Shown here in pieces: positions 12,320 through 22,130 of a stretch of DNA of 64,000 nucleotides. A program made the translations under genes and the position numbers. The notes under the pieces are model-generated. The model ran no database searches and was not told the origin of the DNA. It saw only the letters and a list, made by a program, of their open reading frames with translations. The stretch is from Alphaproteobacteria bacterium. Its GTDB lineage: Bacteria > Pseudomonadota > Alphaproteobacteria > UBA6615. Location of the stretch: NCBI GenBank assembly GCA_049601915.1, contig JBMYRB010000002.1, positions 546,800 to 610,799 on the forward strand, in the 5' to 3' direction. Each line of letters begins with the position of its first letter. Positions within the stretch are counted from its first letter, which is position 1.

Positions 12320-13803
12320 GTGACGACCTCCCCGCCCATCTCGCTCAGGATGTCAGAGGCGATACTTGCGTCGTCGAAGGGCAGCGTTTCGGTGCCGATA
12401 ATCTGGCCCTGTTCATGGCCCTTGCCGGCGATCACAAGAATGTCTCCGGCCTGCAGGTCGGAAATACCGGCCTTGATGGCGGCTGCGCGGTCGCCGATTT
12501 CGGCGGCACCTGTGCAACCTGTCAGTATCTGTCGGCGGATGGTCTCTGCGTCTTCGCGACGCGGATTGTCGTCGGTCACGATCGCGCGGTCCGCGTGTCG
12601 GGTGGCGATTTCGCCCATCATCGGTCGTTTGCCCGGATCGCGGTCGCCGCCGGCGCCGAAAATCACGTGCAGCTGGCCGCCGACATGGGGTCGGATCGCG
12701 TCGAGTGCGGTTTGCAACGCGTCTGGTGTGTGGGCGTAGTCGATATAGACCTGGGCGCCGTTCTCGAGGGCGCCGATCCGCTGCATGCGGCCGTGTACGC
12801 CCGTGATGTGGGCAAGGGTCGAGAAGGCCTCCGTCAGGTCGCCGCCAGTCTCGGCGACGAGGCCGAGCGCGGCAAGGACGTTGTAGGCCTGGAACCCGCC
12901 GATCAGATTCAGGCGAGTCTCAAGGCTCTGGTCCTTCACGGTGACACAAAGACGCAGCCCGTCGGGCAGAGCCGACACGTCGGCAATGTGAATATCGCTG
13001 GTCTGTACGCCGTAGCTGCGCACCTTGTGGCCGATTGTGCGGCAGATTTCAGCGACCGTGTCGAAGTGATACGAATCCGCATTCAGCACTGCTGCGCCAT
13101 CGACGGGCAGCAGGTGGCGGAAAAGACGCATTTTCGCGTCCAGATACGCCTCTTCCGTGCCGTGATAATCCAGATGATCGCGGCTGAGATTGGTGAAGGC
13201 GGCGGCGGAGAAATTCACCCCGTCGAGACGGAATTGATCGAGCCCGTGCGAGGAAGCTTCCAACGCCAGATGATCGATCCCCGATACTGCCATCTTGGCG
13301 AGCGTGGCGTGCAGGTTGACCGGATCGGGCGTGGTGAGGCTCGGTCCCGCATCGAAGCCGTCGGCATCGACGCCCAGGGTTCCGATGGCGCCCGACTGAT
13401 GGCCCAACAGTGTCCAGATCTGCCGAGCAAAACCGGTGACGGAGGATTTGCCGTTGGTCCCGGTGACGCCGACGATGTGACGCGGCTGGTGCTTATAGAA
13501 CCGCGCGGCGAACTGGGACAGTCGCCAACGGGGGTTTTCGTCGGTGATCAAACAGGGTGTGTCGGTAGACCGGCCGTCGATACGTGTGCCGTCGGGCGCG
13601 AGGATCGCGACCGCACCACGCGCGACCGCGTCGTCGATGAAGTCCCGTCCGTCGGTGCCGGAATTGACTGACGCGCTGGGCAATGCTGCAAAGAGGTATC
13701 CCGGTTGCACCTCGCGGCTGTCCGCCGTGAGGCCCGAAATCTCGGTGTCGTGCATCCGCGGATCAACCATCACCATATCGACCGCCAGCTCAATTAACCG
13801 CAT
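12316..13803 (-). CDS. murE: UDP-MurNAc-dipeptide--meso-DAP ligase
   Basis: VTGTNGKSS, DYAHTPD, DDNPR (DAP-specific) and AGKGHE motifs. Confidence 0.98.
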   Translation of the reverse strand: MRLIELAVDMVMVDPRMHDTEISGLTADSREVQPGYLFAALPSASVNSGTDGRDFIDDAVARGAVAILAPDGTRIDGRSTDTPCLITDENPRWRLSQFAARFYKHQPRHIVGVTGTNGKSSVTGFARQIWTLLGHQSGAIGTLGVDADGFDAGPSLTTPDPVNLHATLAKMAVSGIDHLALEASSHGLDQFRLDGVNFSAAAFTNLSRDHLDYHGTEEAYLDAKMRLFRHLLPVDGAAVLNADSYHFDTVAEICRTIGHKVRSYGVQTSDIHIADVSALPDGLRLCVTVKDQSLETRLNLIGGFQAYNVLAALGLVAETGGDLTEAFSTLAHITGVHGRMQRIGALENGAQVYIDYAHTPDALQTALDAIRPHVGGQLHVIFGAGGDRDPGKRPMMGEIATRHADRAIVTDDNPRREDAETIRRQILTGCTGAAEIGDRAAAIKAGISDLQAGDILVIAGKGHEQGQIIGTETLPFDDASIASDILSEMGGEVVT

Positions 13804-15484
13804 CGGAACGATTCCCGATTGCCGGTTGTGCGTTGATGTTGATGGCGTGCCGGATGTCCGGCGCGGACTCGTCCAGGGGCGCGATGCCGAATAATGGTGC
13901 CATGCGGGCGACGACGCCTTTCACGACAGGCGCGGCCGTCCAGCCGCCGGTGGCATAGCCGTAGCTTTCCTTTATGCCTTTCGGTTCATCCAGCATGGCA
14001 AAGACGACGAAACGCGGTGCGGTCACCGGATAGACGCCGACAAAAGACGAAATCAGCGCGTTGCGCTTGTAGCTGCCGTTGACCTGCTTCTCGGCAGTGC
14101 CGGTCTTGCCGCCGACCAGGTATCCCTTGGCGTCGGCGTTGCGACCGGTGCCGGTCTCGACAACGAGGCGAAGCAAGCGGCGCATCCGGTCGGAGGTCTC
14201 GGCGGAGAACACCTGGACACCATCCGCGGATTTCGCGTCGTGACTGACCAGGGTCGCGGGCCGGAGAATGCCACCGTTTACCGTGGCCGCGACCGCACTC
14301 GCCAAGTGTAGCGGGCTGACTGCAATTCCGTGGCCGAAGGAGATCGTCATCGTGTTGACCTCGCGCCACCGCGACGGATACATCGGCGTTGCCTGCTCGG
14401 GCAGCTCGACGCTGGTGCGGCGCAGCAGGCCCAGATGGCCGAGATACTTGCGCTGATCCTCCGCACCGATATCCAGCGCCATCTTGGCGGACCCTATGTT
14501 CGATGAATGCTGGAAAATCTCCGGCACCGTCAGCCAGCGCTTTTCGGGGTGGAAGTCTGAGATCGTGAAACGGGAGATGCGGATCGGTTTTGTTGCGTCG
14601 TAGCTGCTGGCAAAGGATGCAACGCCGGTTTCGAGCGCGATTGCGTGGTTGAATATCTTGAACACGGAGCCGAGCTCGTAGACACCCAGTGTCATGCGGT
14701 TGAAGCGAGTGTCGTCTGCGGCCTGACCGGCGGCATTAGGGTCGAAATCAGGTAGCGAAACCATCGCCATGACCTCGCCGCTATCGACGTCGAGGACAAT
14801 ACCTCCGCCGCCGATCGCCTTGAACTTTTCGATCTGGCTGGCCAGTTCCTGGCGCAGAATCTGCTGAACGCGAATATCGATGGACAACCGCAGCGGCGGA
14901 TTCTTGCCGGCGATTGCGGCGTCCATGCTCTTCTCAATGCCCGACAGTCCGACATTGTCGACGTTGGTGAAACCGACGATGTGACCGGCCAAGCGCCCAT
15001 GGGGATAGACCCGGCGTTCTTCTTTTTCGAATTCGAGGCCGGGAATTCCAAGCCGGTTGGCCTCAAACTGCTGGCGCGGCGTCAGGTTGCGTCGTAACCA
15101 GACGAAGCTTTTTCCCGAACCGAGCCGCGCGGCGACGACCTCCTCGCTCAAATCGGGGAGAATTTCGACCAACCGGTGCGCCGCATCTGCCGGGTCCGGG
15201 ATCTTGCGCGGATCTGCAAAAAGCGACGCCGTCTTCAGGCTGGTGGCCAGCAGGACGCCGTTACGGTCCACGATATCGGCGCGCGCCATGGTGGTCGGGC
15301 GTGCGATTTCGCGCGACGCGGCACGGCGCAGATCCTCGGTTTCATTGAACACCGCGAGATCGAACATGCGCACGCCGACGACAAAAAAGGCCGCCGCCAT
15401 CAGCGATCCGCCCACCAGGAGGCGTGTCTGGGCGGTTTCGATCGCCTGTTTCTTGGTGCTCTCGAGGGCGATCCGGTTGGTCAT
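13790..15484 (-). CDS. ftsI: Class B penicillin-binding protein PBP3
   Basis: RADIVDRNG; transpeptidase motifs SVFK, SSN, KTG; dcw position. Confidence 0.96.
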   Translation of the reverse strand: MTNRIALESTKKQAIETAQTRLLVGGSLMAAAFFVVGVRMFDLAVFNETEDLRRAASREIARPTTMARADIVDRNGVLLATSLKTASLFADPRKIPDPADAAHRLVEILPDLSEEVVAARLGSGKSFVWLRRNLTPRQQFEANRLGIPGLEFEKEERRVYPHGRLAGHIVGFTNVDNVGLSGIEKSMDAAIAGKNPPLRLSIDIRVQQILRQELASQIEKFKAIGGGGIVLDVDSGEVMAMVSLPDFDPNAAGQAADDTRFNRMTLGVYELGSVFKIFNHAIALETGVASFASSYDATKPIRISRFTISDFHPEKRWLTVPEIFQHSSNIGSAKMALDIGAEDQRKYLGHLGLLRRTSVELPEQATPMYPSRWREVNTMTISFGHGIAVSPLHLASAVAATVNGGILRPATLVSHDAKSADGVQVFSAETSDRMRRLLRLVVETGTGRNADAKGYLVGGKTGTAEKQVNGSYKRNALISSFVGVYPVTAPRFVVFAMLDEPKGIKESYGYATGGWTAAPVVKGVVARMAPLFGIAPLDESAPDIRHAININAQPAIGNRSDAVN

Positions 15485-15981
15485 CGCTGAACAACTCCTG
15501 GCGCTGCGGCCGGCGTGGTCATCACCTCGCGCAACACGTCGTCGAGAGAGCGACCCAAGTCGGCGCGATTGGGTTTATCGGCGGCACGTGTCACGGGTGC
15601 TTGTGGGGCAGGGGCGGCCGGTTTGGCCCGAGGGGCAGCAGCCGGGATGGCCGCAGGCGTGACGACGCCGGCGATGTTCGATCCTGTCGTCGGTAGTTCG
15701 GCTTGCGGCAGCACGGGCACGGCGCCCGTGCCGGCAATTTGTCCGCCGGTGACAGGCAGAAGATCGAGATGGCGACGGGTCAGCTCTTCGAGCCGTTCGG
15801 GCTGATTGAGGAAACTCCATTCGGCACGCAGCACGTGGATCGCATCGCGGTCGTTGCGTATGTCGCGATTGAGCTGTGCGAGTTCATCGTCCAGTTCGGA
15901 CACCTCGAAGGCCACCTGGAACAACGCACCGCCGGCCGCAGCGGCGAGCACCATAAGGATGAAGGATGTTGGGCGAATCAT
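15481..15981 (-). CDS. ftsL: Cell division protein FtsL-like, with Pro/Ala-rich tail
   Basis: N-terminal TM, coiled coil, [14 protein letters not shown]; lies between rsmH and ftsI. Confidence 0.85.
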   Translation of the reverse strand: MIRPTSFILMVLAAAAGGALFQVAFEVSELDDELAQLNRDIRNDRDAIHVLRAEWSFLNQPERLEELTRRHLDLLPVTGGQIAGTGAVPVLPQAELPTTGSNIAGVVTPAAIPAAAPRAKPAAPAPQAPVTRAADKPNRADLGRSLDDVLREVMTTPAAAPGVVQR

Positions 15982-16994
15982 CCGGCACCCCCCTCTGCGG
16001 CCGAACCCCAGAAGGGCTCCGCGGTACGTTCTGCGACCCGCATCCGCGCCGAGCGCGCGCGGGGATTGCGCGCGACCTCAGCATCGCCGGGACGAATGGC
16101 GCGACGAGAAACAAGACGCCAGGCGGGTGCGCGCCGGTCGGGCTGGTCGGGCAGGTGGCGCGAACCGCGCCCCTCGGCACCGCTGCGTGCACGCAGGAAT
16201 GCCTTGACCGGACGGTCTTCTAGGGAATGGAACGAAACGACGGCCAGCCGGCCGCCCGGTCGGAGAAGATGCTCTGCGGCGATCAGGCCGCGGTCCAGCT
16301 CATCCAGTTCGTCGTTTACGTGAATACGTAGCGCCTGGAACGTGCGCGTTGCCGGGTCGATATGGGATGTACGCGATTTGGGAATGACCGCGCGCACGAT
16401 GTCCGCGAGTTGAGTGGTTGTTTCGATCGAGCTCTGCCCGCGGGCTTTGACGATGGCGCGTGCGACCCGTCGTGCATGACGCTCTTCGCCCAGCTTTCGC
16501 ACGATATGTGCGAGGTCGGCCTCGTCGGCGTTGTTGACCACATCAGCAGCAGATTCACCCACGCGCTCCATGCGCATGTCGAGCGGACCGTCGCTGGCGA
16601 ATGAGAAGCCGCGTTCGGGCGTGTCTATTTGAGGCGAAGATACGCCAAGGTCGAGCGCGACGCCGTCGACAGCCTCGACGCCGTTTTCGCGCAGCAGCAC
16701 GTCCATGTCGCCGAAGCGCCCGGCTAGGAGATGCAGGCGCCCGGTGTATTGGGCGGCTAGATCTGCGTTGCGCGCAATCGCGTCGGGGTCTCGGTCGATC
16801 CCCCAGACCGTGCAGTCCGCGGCTTCCAGAATTTTGCGGGTGTAGCCGCCGCCGCCGAGGGTGCCGTCGACATAGATGCCGCCGTCACGCGGTTCGAGCG
16901 CGGTCAGGACTTCTTCCAGGAGTACGGGGCTGTGCCCGGGAGTCACGGGGACTCCGGATGTGTTGATATGACGCGATGTGCGCGCCGCCGTCAC
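15978..16994 (-). CDS. rsmH: 16S rRNA m4C1402 methyltransferase RsmH (MraW)
   Basis: [42 protein letters not shown] motifs; exact start uncertain. Confidence 0.97.
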   Translation of the reverse strand: MTAARTSRHINTSGVPVTPGHSPVLLEEVLTALEPRDGGIYVDGTLGGGGYTRKILEAADCTVWGIDRDPDAIARNADLAAQYTGRLHLLAGRFGDMDVLLRENGVEAVDGVALDLGVSSPQIDTPERGFSFASDGPLDMRMERVGESAADVVNNADEADLAHIVRKLGEERHARRVARAIVKARGQSSIETTTQLADIVRAVIPKSRTSHIDPATRTFQALRIHVNDELDELDRGLIAAEHLLRPGGRLAVVSFHSLEDRPVKAFLRARSGAEGRGSRHLPDQPDRRAPAWRLVSRRAIRPGDAEVARNPRARSARMRVAERTAEPFWGSAAEGGAG

Positions 16995-17467
16995 GGTTGG
17001 CCCCCGTCGGACCCGGGTGGACTGCCGGGCCGTAGGGTCAGGCCTTTTTCGGCGGCCTGACGGACAGCGTCGGTCTGATAGGTGGCAAACGCGTCTGGAT
17101 TCCAGATTTCGAACAACGGGCCACGGCCAACGAACGCTGCCTGTTCGGAAAGGCCCGCATGGGCGATCAGGGGTTCGGGCAACATGACCCGTCCTTCGCC
17201 GTCAAAGGCCAGTTGCTGGGCATTGGCAAAGAGCGCGGCCGTCAGCGTGTCGTGTTCATCGGAGAACATGTCGTAGGCGTCGACGCCAGCACCGAGCTTC
17301 TCCATCCAGTCCATGCCGCCGCACTGGACGGCGGGATGTTTAAAAGACGGGAACGCAACAATGCCGTGGAACGCCTGCCCGGACAGGACAGCACGAAACG
17401 CCGCAGGAACGGACACCCGTCCCTTGCGGTCGACCTTGTTGGTAGTGGTCGACAAAAACATCGCCAT
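16991..17467 (-). CDS. mraZ: dcw transcriptional regulator MraZ
   Basis: Two DxxGR repeats (DRKGRV, DGEGRV) and FEIW; first gene of dcw; start taken at MAMFLS. Confidence 0.95.
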   Translation of the reverse strand: MAMFLSTTTNKVDRKGRVSVPAAFRAVLSGQAFHGIVAFPSFKHPAVQCGGMDWMEKLGAGVDAYDMFSDEHDTLTAALFANAQQLAFDGEGRVMLPEPLIAHAGLSEQAAFVGRGPLFEIWNPDAFATYQTDAVRQAAEKGLTLRPGSPPGSDGGQP

Positions 17468-17538
17468 CGCTTCCGCCCACTGCCGAAAAACGTTCGGCAG
17501 TTCCTTGTCTCCCCGTTGCCCTGGCATACGCACCAAAA

Positions 17539-17579
17539 TGGGATTATTTGGGATATCATGGGATAAATTGGGTCGTCAA
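17539..17579 (-). promoter_or_regulatory. Probable dcw promoter overlapped by four 10-bp-phased TGGG(A) repeats (MraZ-type operator)
   Basis: + strand TGGGA/TGGGA/TGGGA/TGGGT at 17539, 17549, 17559, 17569; minus-strand TTGACG (-35-like) at 17579-17574. Confidence 0.7.
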
Positions 17580-17718
17580 CGCCAAAACCAGTAAAAATGA
17601 CGAAAAATCAGAGTGCTGGATGTCATCGATTTGCGCGCCCAAGTAATCATCATTTGGCCATCAGAGGACATTCGCGAACCCACATAAGAAGGATCGACGC
17701 ATAAAGCGGCAGAACATT

Positions 17719-17733
17719 GTTCTTGGAATGTTC
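17719..17733. promoter_or_regulatory. Alphaproteobacterial LexA-type box GTTC-N7-GTTC
   Basis: GTTC-TTGGAAT-GTTC (minus strand AGAACA-TTCCA-AGAACA) in the intergenic DNA between the rnpB 3' end and mraZ. Confidence 0.6.
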
Positions 17734-17751
17734 TTTTCTTGGGGAAATTAT

Positions 17752-18123
<372 letters not shown>

Positions 18124-18133
18124 AGCGTTTTCC

Positions 18134-18853
18134 TTAGGCCGAACCGGCCGAGGCTGCAACCAGACTATGCACCTGGTCGATACGCTGTCTGGTCTCTTCG
18201 TCGAGCACGCCGTCAAAGAGTGACGGGCGAAAACGCCGCTGAAATGCCAAAATAACCGCCTCTTCCGCGTAGTTTTCGGTGTCGTATCCGATTTCCGACA
18301 ACATAATGATCGGAGCGTCTTGCATGGGGGTCGCGGTGTTCACCGGAGCATTTGAATCCGGCCACAGACCGATGCCTGCTGCAGCGAGCTGCGCCCATGG
18401 GAAGCGTTCGCCGGGGTCGATTTTGCGGTCCGGCGCGATATCGGAGTGTGCGACCACATTGTGGGCCGGGATCGGATGCCGGGCGAGAATGCCCCGTGAC
18501 AATTCGATCAACGCCGCGATCTGTTCGTCGGGGAAGTCCCGGTAGCCATAGTCGTGACCGGGGTTCGACAACTCGATGCCGATCGAACGGGAGTTGATGT
18601 CGTGCCAGCCGCGCCAGCACCCCACCCCGGCGTGCCAGGCGCGGGCCTCTTCGTCCACGAGGCGCCAGCTCGTGCCGTCTTCGTCGAGTAGGTAATGCGC
18701 GCTCACCTGTGATACCGGGTCGCATAGCCAGTCGCGCGCGCGCTCGGTGGGCATCATACCGGTATAGTGGATCACTAGTGTGTCGATCTCCGGCGTGTGG
18801 TCCTGTTCAGGTTTTCGCGCACCGCAGTTGGGCGATTTGAACTCTGTGATCAT
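18134..18853 (-). CDS. N-acetylmuramoyl-L-alanine amidase (Amidase_2, AmiD/AmpD-like)
   Basis: LVIHYT, VSAHY, RAWHAG, SIGIE, HSDIAPDRKIDPG motifs; C-terminal AFQRRFRP peptidoglycan-binding-like segment. Confidence 0.92.
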   Translation of the reverse strand: MITEFKSPNCGARKPEQDHTPEIDTLVIHYTGMMPTERARDWLCDPVSQVSAHYLLDEDGTSWRLVDEEARAWHAGVGCWRGWHDINSRSIGIELSNPGHDYGYRDFPDEQIAALIELSRGILARHPIPAHNVVAHSDIAPDRKIDPGERFPWAQLAAAGIGLWPDSNAPVNTATPMQDAPIIMLSEIGYDTENYAEEAVILAFQRRFRPSLFDGVLDEETRQRIDQVHSLVAASAGSA

Positions 18854-20679
18854 CGCGCGGCCTCCAGGCTCTCGCGCCGCGCCTCAAGATCGAGCCAGCG
18901 ATCTTCGGCCGACGCGATGGCGGCTTCCACTTCGGCCAGCTTCTGCGCGGTCGTCTCGTAGGTCGCAGCGTCGCGGGCAAACAGATCGGGATCGGAGAGC
19001 GCTTTCTCGAGTTCGACCTTGGCGTTTTCCAGCGCCTTGATCCGGTCCGGCAGCATGCCGAGTTCATGCTCTTCCTTAAACGTCATCTTCTTCGGCGTGT
19101 TTGCTGTCTTGCGTGCGGGTTTATCGGCGGCCGGTTTTTTCGCAGCCTTGGCGGCCGGCTTCGCGCCTTGCTTGCGCTGGCGCAGATAGTCCGAATAGCC
19201 GCCGGGATACTCCACCACCTGGCCACCGCCCTCGACGGCGATGGTCGAATTGACCACCCGGTCGAGGAAATCCCGGTCATGGCTGACGAGAAGGACAGTC
19301 CCCTCATAGCTGTCGAGCATGTCCAGCAGCACGTCCAGCGTGTCGGCATCGAGATCGTTTGTGGGCTCATCGAGCACGAGCAGGTTAGAGGTCTGGGCGA
19401 GGATCTTGGCGAGCAGCAGACGATTGCGCTCGCCGCCCGACAGTGTGGCGACCGGCGCGCGGGCCTGCTTTTCATCGAACAGGAAGTCGCGCAGATAGGC
19501 CACCACGTGGCGCTGGGCGCCGCGCACGTTGATCGAATCTCCGCCCTGTGGTGCGAGCGTCTGCCAAAGCGTGTCGTTGGGATCGAGCTGTTCGCGGGTC
19601 TGGTCGAAGAAGGCGAGCGCGGTGTTCTTGGCGCGGCGCAGGCGGCCGGAATCTTTCTCCAGTTCGCCGATCAGGAGCTTCAGCAATGTCGTCTTGCCTG
19701 CACCGTTGGGGCCGACCAGTCCAACCCGGTCGCCACGTAATATACGGGTCGAAAATTTGTCGATGATCACGTCGTCGCCGAAGGACTTGCAAAGGTTCTC
19801 GCATTCGACGACCAGGCGGCTGCTGATGGGACCCGCCTCGGCCTCGAGCTGGACGAGGTCCTGGCCGGTAAGTAGCGCCTTTCGCTGGGCACGCATCTCG
19901 TAGAGGCGGGTGAGGCGGCCCTGGTTGCGTCTGCGCCTTGCGGTCACGCCGCGCTCGAGCCAACGAGCTTCCGCCTTGAGCTTCTGGTCGAGTTTCTGTG
20001 CTGCGCGCACCTCGGCATCGGCGACCTGCTCGGTCCAGGCCTCGAACTTGCCGTACCCCTCGCTGTTGTGACGCAGGGCGACCTTGTGTAGCCAGAAAGT
20101 GTCCGTCGTGATGGTTTCGAGGAACGCCCGGTCATGGCTGATCGTGATCAACGTCTTTCGGCGGTCGACCAGCTCGCGTTCCAGCCATTCAATGGTCGGC
20201 AGGTCGAGATGGTTGGTCGGCTCGTCCAGCAGCAGTACGTCCGGATCACCCAGGAGCGCACCGGCGATGGCCACCCGGCGTGACTCGCCACCCGACAGGC
20301 TGTTGACGTTTCGCGTGCCATCGATATCGACCCGCGAGAGGGCAGCATCGACGGCGTGGCGTGGCGCGATCTCCGGTTTCATGCCCAGCTCGGTACCCAT
20401 GCAGGCGACGAAGTCCGCGATGAGCATGTCGTCGGGCAGGGGGATATCCTGGGGCAGGTAGCCGACGGTTAGCCCGGGCTGGACGTAGAGGTCGCCGTCA
20501 TCGGGTTCGAGTAGCCCGGCGAGGAGTTTCAGGATTGTGGATTTGCCGGTGCCGTTGCGTCCGACCAGGCAGGCCCGCATCCCCGGCGTGACCGACAGTT
20601 CCGCGCCGGTAAACAAGGGCGTGCCACCGAAGCCGACGGCGGCATTCTTCAGGGTGAGGACAGGGGGGTCGGCGGCCAT
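18850..20679 (-). CDS. uup: ABC-F family ATPase (Uup-like)
   Basis: Two ABC cassettes (GRNGTGKS..LSGGE..DEPTN; GPNGAGKT..LSGGE..DEPTN), ARRRRNQGR linker, C-terminal coiled coil, no TM. Confidence 0.88.
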   Translation of the reverse strand: MAADPPVLTLKNAAVGFGGTPLFTGAELSVTPGMRACLVGRNGTGKSTILKLLAGLLEPDDGDLYVQPGLTVGYLPQDIPLPDDMLIADFVACMGTELGMKPEIAPRHAVDAALSRVDIDGTRNVNSLSGGESRRVAIAGALLGDPDVLLLDEPTNHLDLPTIEWLERELVDRRKTLITISHDRAFLETITTDTFWLHKVALRHNSEGYGKFEAWTEQVADAEVRAAQKLDQKLKAEARWLERGVTARRRRNQGRLTRLYEMRAQRKALLTGQDLVQLEAEAGPISSRLVVECENLCKSFGDDVIIDKFSTRILRGDRVGLVGPNGAGKTTLLKLLIGELEKDSGRLRRAKNTALAFFDQTREQLDPNDTLWQTLAPQGGDSINVRGAQRHVVAYLRDFLFDEKQARAPVATLSGGERNRLLLAKILAQTSNLLVLDEPTNDLDADTLDVLLDMLDSYEGTVLLVSHDRDFLDRVVNSTIAVEGGGQVVEYPGGYSDYLRQRKQGAKPAAKAAKKPAADKPARKTANTPKKMTFKEEHELGMLPDRIKALENAKVELEKALSDPDLFARDAATYETTAQKLAEVEAAIASAEDRWLDLEARRESLEAAR

Positions 20680-20694
20680 GGCGGAAAGGCGGGG

Positions 20695-21432
20695 TTACTT
20701 GATCCCGCGCGCGGCGCAAATCTTGTCGTAGGCGGCGTTGATCGTCGCCAGCTTCTCGTTTGCGACCTCAACGAATTCCTCGGGCATCCCCTGAGCGATC
20801 AGCGTATCGGGGTGGTTCTCGCGCACCAGCTTGCGATAGGCGGACTTGATGGTGTCGTCGTCGGTATCGTGTCCGACGCCGAGGATGGTGTAGGGGTCGG
20901 CTGCATCGGGGCCCATATTCTCTTCGCGGATGCGCGCGAAGTCGGTGTCGGTGAACCCGAATATTGCCGACACGTTGCGTAGATAGTTCAGTTCCTCGTC
21001 ATGGACCTCGTTGTCCGCCTTGGCGATCAAGAACAGGCAGTTCACCAGTTCCTCGAGCACCGCCGGGTTTTCCCGGAACATGCCGGCAACCTGTTTGGCG
21101 TAGAGCTCGTAGCCGTCGGTCGACTTGCGGGCCATGTTGAAGACTTTGGCGACGTTCTGGGTTTCTTCGGGTGCCACCTTGAAGACCCGGCGGAAGGCCC
21201 TGATCTCGTCAGGCGTTACCACGCCGTCGGCCTTGGCGAGTTTCGCACCCAGCGCGATCACGGCGATGGTGAAACCGACCTGTTTGGTCGGGTCCCCGCC
21301 GGTGACCTCGGCCGCACCGCTGCTGCGATGGGAATCGTAGATATGCCCGGCCACGCCGCCGAGCAGCGCGCCCAGCGGTCCGCCCAGCGCAAAACCTGCC
21401 GCGCCACCCAGTACCTTGCCCCAAATGCTCAT
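20695..21432 (-). CDS. djlA: DjlA-like co-chaperone (TM + TerB-like + J domain)
   Basis: MSIWGK..GGPLGALLG N-terminus, KLAKADG, C-terminal J domain with HPD. Confidence 0.9.
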   Translation of the reverse strand: MSIWGKVLGGAAGFALGGPLGALLGGVAGHIYDSHRSSGAAEVTGGDPTKQVGFTIAVIALGAKLAKADGVVTPDEIRAFRRVFKVAPEETQNVAKVFNMARKSTDGYELYAKQVAGMFRENPAVLEELVNCLFLIAKADNEVHDEELNYLRNVSAIFGFTDTDFARIREENMGPDAADPYTILGVGHDTDDDTIKSAYRKLVRENHPDTLIAQGMPEEFVEVANEKLATINAAYDKICAARGIK

Positions 21433-21562
21433 GGGAGACGTTTAACCCAAAATTCCGTGAGGAGAAATGCCGGTTTCGCTTCCGCAAGTGACATTTGGGA
21501 CCCCTTGGGTGGCAATTTATGTATCCGTGCAAAGTACCACCAATAATGGGAAGGGTTGGCAC

Positions 21563-21966
21563 ATGAGGTCTGGGTTAATTCTAGGTGCTTTGGCGGTCGC
21601 CGGGTCGTCGGTGTTTTCCGCGAACGTACACGCTTAGGATTTTTCGTTCACATTCAATTGGGGGATATTCCTCGATGTACGACGGGCTTTCCCAACCGGG
21701 TTGAGAACCCGATATTCGAGTTGAGCAATGTGCCGGAGGGAACCAAGGAAATTCGGTTCTCGCTGACCGACCGTGACGCGCCCGGTTTCAATCACGGCGG
21801 CGGCACGGCTGACTATACGGGTGACAATGTTATTCAGCCCGGTGCGTTCAAGTATCAGAGCCCGTGCCCGCCCAGCGGACAGCATACCTATGAGTGGAGT
21901 GCTCGTGCGCGCGATGCGGATGGCGACACACTTGCGTGCGCGAAATCCAGGCAAAAATATCCCTGA
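21563..21966 (+). pseudogene. Disrupted secreted YbhB/YbcL (PEBP-like) protein
   Basis: ATG 21563 gives a 24-aa signal peptide, then TAG (21635-21637), then DFSFTFNW. A frame change at the G5 run (21660-21664) is needed to continue into GDIPRC...HGGG...PCPPSGQHTYEW. Confidence 0.75.
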
Positions 21967-22020
21967 TCTGCTGTGTGATTCCCGTAGCCCGTTGAACGGG
22001 TCTCCGCTTTATTGCGCAAA

Positions 22021-22061
22021 CGGAAAGGCCAGCGGGCATGCGATGTCTGCTGGTTTTTCCG
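22021..22061 (+). terminator. Long hairpin, possible terminator
   Basis: CGGAAAGGCCAGCGGGCAT-GCG-ATGTCTGCTGGTTTTTCCG: 19-bp stem with 4 G-U pairs that pair only on the + strand. Confidence 0.5.
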
Positions 22062-22130
22062 ATGGGGCTTCGGACCTTTGACTTTCGCTGTGTGACGAAC
22101 CAGTCTGCCGCCAAATATCGGGGATAGTTC

